41,230 bases of DNA, from the IMG/VR virus record IMGVR_UViG_3300045988_113036. One strand, 5' to 3'. A program made the translations under genes and the position numbers. Position 1 is the first letter of the stretch. The number at the start of each line of letters is the position of its first letter. Of the stretch, positions 40,087 to 41,230 are shown in pieces. The notes beneath the pieces were generated by a model. It saw only the letters and a list, made by a program, of their open reading frames with translations, was not told where the DNA came from and searched no databases. The stretch comes from a virus.

Positions 40087-41154
40087 ATGACTTGGTTCAT
40101 GATCGACGATGGCATCTACGACGCCCCGCAATGCGAGGAGCTTCCATTGTCCGCGATGGGCCTGTGGACGATGGCCGGCAGCTACGTCGGCCGCCAGCTG
40201 CGCCACGGCGACTACGACGGGGCCATCACCATGCAGCGCGTCAGGAAGCTCGGCGGCAGCCCGAAGCTCGCCCGCCAGCTCGTGGACGCCGGCCTGTGGC
40301 GTGAAACCGAGCCGGACGTGTTCGAGATCGTCGCCGCCAACCCGGACGGCACCATGCTCTGCAAGTACGCGGCCACCAAGGAGTTGCAGGAGAAACGCGC
40401 TCGCGCCGGCCATGCCGGGGGCAAGGCGTCCGGCCGTTCGAGACGAAGCAAAAACGAAGCAAATGCTTCAGTAGACAGCGAAGCAAACGCGAAGCAAATG
40501 CTTCAACCGGACGAAGCAAAAGGTGAAGCACTTGCCGAAGCAAATGGTGAAGCAAACGCGAAGCAAACCGGCAAGCAAAAACGAAGCACCCTTACCTATA
40601 CCTATTCCCATACCGATATAACCTCCCCCAACCCCTCCACGCCGACACCGACGCCGGTGTCCGAGTCGAAGCCGGAGCGCACCACCATGGCCGAACTCGA
40701 GGCCAGGATGCTCGAAGACCCGTTCGAGACCGCATGGAACGCCTACCCGCGCCACACCGGCAGCAAAACCGAAGCCGAGAAGGCGTGGAGCCTCGCCATC
40801 CAAGGCGTCGCCGGCCGGCCGCCGGCCGACCCCAAACAGCTCATCGGCAGCGTCATCGCCTACGCCAAAACCATCGACGAACCCAAATACGCGCCCAACA
40901 TGAGCCGATGGCTGCGCCAAGGCGCATACACGGACACCATGCCCAGCCAGCCGAAACCCTACCGGCACACACTGCCCGACGGCACCGTCATCGACGACCG
41001 GTGGATCACCAGCCACATCCGAGACCACGTGCCCGTAGGCACCTTCACCGACAGCATGCGAACCGACTTCTGGGCCTGCGTAAAAACCGGCATCGACCCG
41101 GAGCAAAAAGCCGAGGAAATCATCAACGAATGCCAACGAAAGGCCCAGAGATGA
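40087..41154 (+). CDS. Replisome organizer / replication initiator-like protein with embedded iteron origin, 355 aa
   Basis: RBS gagagagg. An N-terminal winged-helix-like region, a central low-complexity segment encoded by the iterons, and a C-terminal domain. It follows SSB. Confidence 0.6.
   Translation: MTWFMIDDGIYDAPQCEELPLSAMGLWTMAGSYVGRQLRHGDYDGAITMQRVRKLGGSPKLARQLVDAGLWRETEPDVFEIVAANPDGTMLCKYAATKELQEKRARAGHAGGKASGRSRRSKNEANASVDSEANAKQMLQPDEAKGEALAEANGEANAKQTGKQKRSTLTYTYSHTDITSPNPSTPTPTPVSESKPERTTMAELEARMLEDPFETAWNAYPRHTGSKTEAEKAWSLAIQGVAGRPPADPKQLIGSVIAYAKTIDEPKYAPNMSRWLRQGAYTDTMPSQPKPYRHTLPDGTVIDDRWITSHIRDHVPVGTFTDSMRTDFWACVKTGIDPEQKAEEIINECQRKAQR
40445..40588. repeat. Iteron array (candidate origin of replication)
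   Basis: GAAGCA occurs 10 times, plus one CAAGCA variant, at 11-12-nt spacing or multiples of it. The 14-bp palindrome GAAGCAAATGCTTC occurs twice (40456-40469, 40491-40504). The region is locally AT-richer. Confidence 0.7.
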
Positions 41155-41230
41155 GCACCAAACCCACCGACGAAACCCGCCGCATCGTACAACGGCGAGA
41201 CCGATACCGATGCGCCATATGCGACCGGGA
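41151..41230 (+). CDS. HNH endonuclease, 5' part (continues at nt 56 after removing the 55-nt overlap; see 3..374)
   Basis: ATG 41151 overlaps the stop of the preceding gene (ATGA). It reads MSTKPTDETRRIVQRRDRYRCAICDR.. into the terminal repeat. Confidence 0.8.
   Translation, partial: MSTKPTDETRRIVQRRDRYRCAICDR
41176..41230. repeat. Terminal overlap, copy 2 (identical to 1..55)
   Basis: Exact 55-nt direct repeat of the window start. It lies inside the HNH reading frame that starts at 41151. Confidence 0.95.

Larger units (their letters stand above)
1..41230. mobile_element. Complete temperate tailed-phage genome (siphovirus-type, actinobacterial host), circularly closed contig of 41,175 unique bp
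   Basis: Every module is present once: integrase/attP, CI-Cro switch, replication, HNH-TerS-TerL, portal-capsid, tail with tape measure, lysis. The first 55 nt repeat exactly at the end and a gene reads through the junction. Confidence 0.9.

Noticed and set aside
40445-40588. The short tandem-like repeats, considered as a possible CRISPR array or minisatellite.
   Set aside because: The repeat unit is only 6-9 nt at about 11-12-nt spacing, there are no spacers of CRISPR size, and the array lies inside a coding frame of a replication protein. An iteron origin is the better explanation.

Overview
The window holds one complete, circularly closed genome of a temperate siphovirus-type phage or excised prophage. 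Nt 1-55 are identical to nt 41176-41230, leaving 41,175 unique bp, and an HNH-endonuclease gene reads across that junction. The host is a high-GC actinobacterium: there is a WhiB gene, several apparently leaderless promoters, and an attP carrying the 3' part of a tRNA-Met. A Bifidobacterium-like host is my inference only. Genes are tightly packed, many with ATGA stop/start overlaps, and almost all lie on the + strand. In order: (1) early and replication-associated genes at 3-4709 (HNH, DEDDh exonuclease, lipoprotein, DUF3310, WhiB, small zinc-ribbon and HTH proteins). (2) A terminator-flanked tRNA-Ser(GCU) and a second HNH endonuclease. (3) A self-contained 3.6-kb accessory operon at 5662-8976, between that HNH and the terminase, encoding an AEP primase-polymerase-like protein, a ParB-N/DUF4417 protein, an R-S-ExE ADP-ribosyltransferase, a small basic protein and an ADP-ribosylglycohydrolase. 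(4) TerS, TerL, portal, MuF-like protein, scaffold, capsid with a Big_2 domain, connectors, major tail protein, G/GT chaperones with a CCCAAAC -1 frameshift, tape measure, Dit, Tal and BppU-like protein. (5) A receptor-binding protein whose C-terminus is the variable repeat of a diversity-generating retroelement (DGR). The 110-nt template repeat differs from it only at 15 adenines, and a reverse transcriptase with IGSYLSQ and YMDD motifs follows; no Avd-like gene is seen. (6) A lysis cassette with a secreted GH25-LysM endolysin and holin(s). (7) On the - strand, a BrnT/BrnA toxin-antitoxin pair, a tyrosine integrase, attP and a CI-like repressor. (8) A Cro-like gene followed by an AT-richer block of membrane proteins, including one antisense gene and an SPFH/Band-7 operon. 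(9) SSB and a replisome-organizer gene containing an iteron-type origin. No rRNA genes or CRISPR arrays are present. The strongest sequence-level signal is the DGR. The ART/ARH operon and the membrane-protein and SPFH block are the main candidates for uncharacterised systems.
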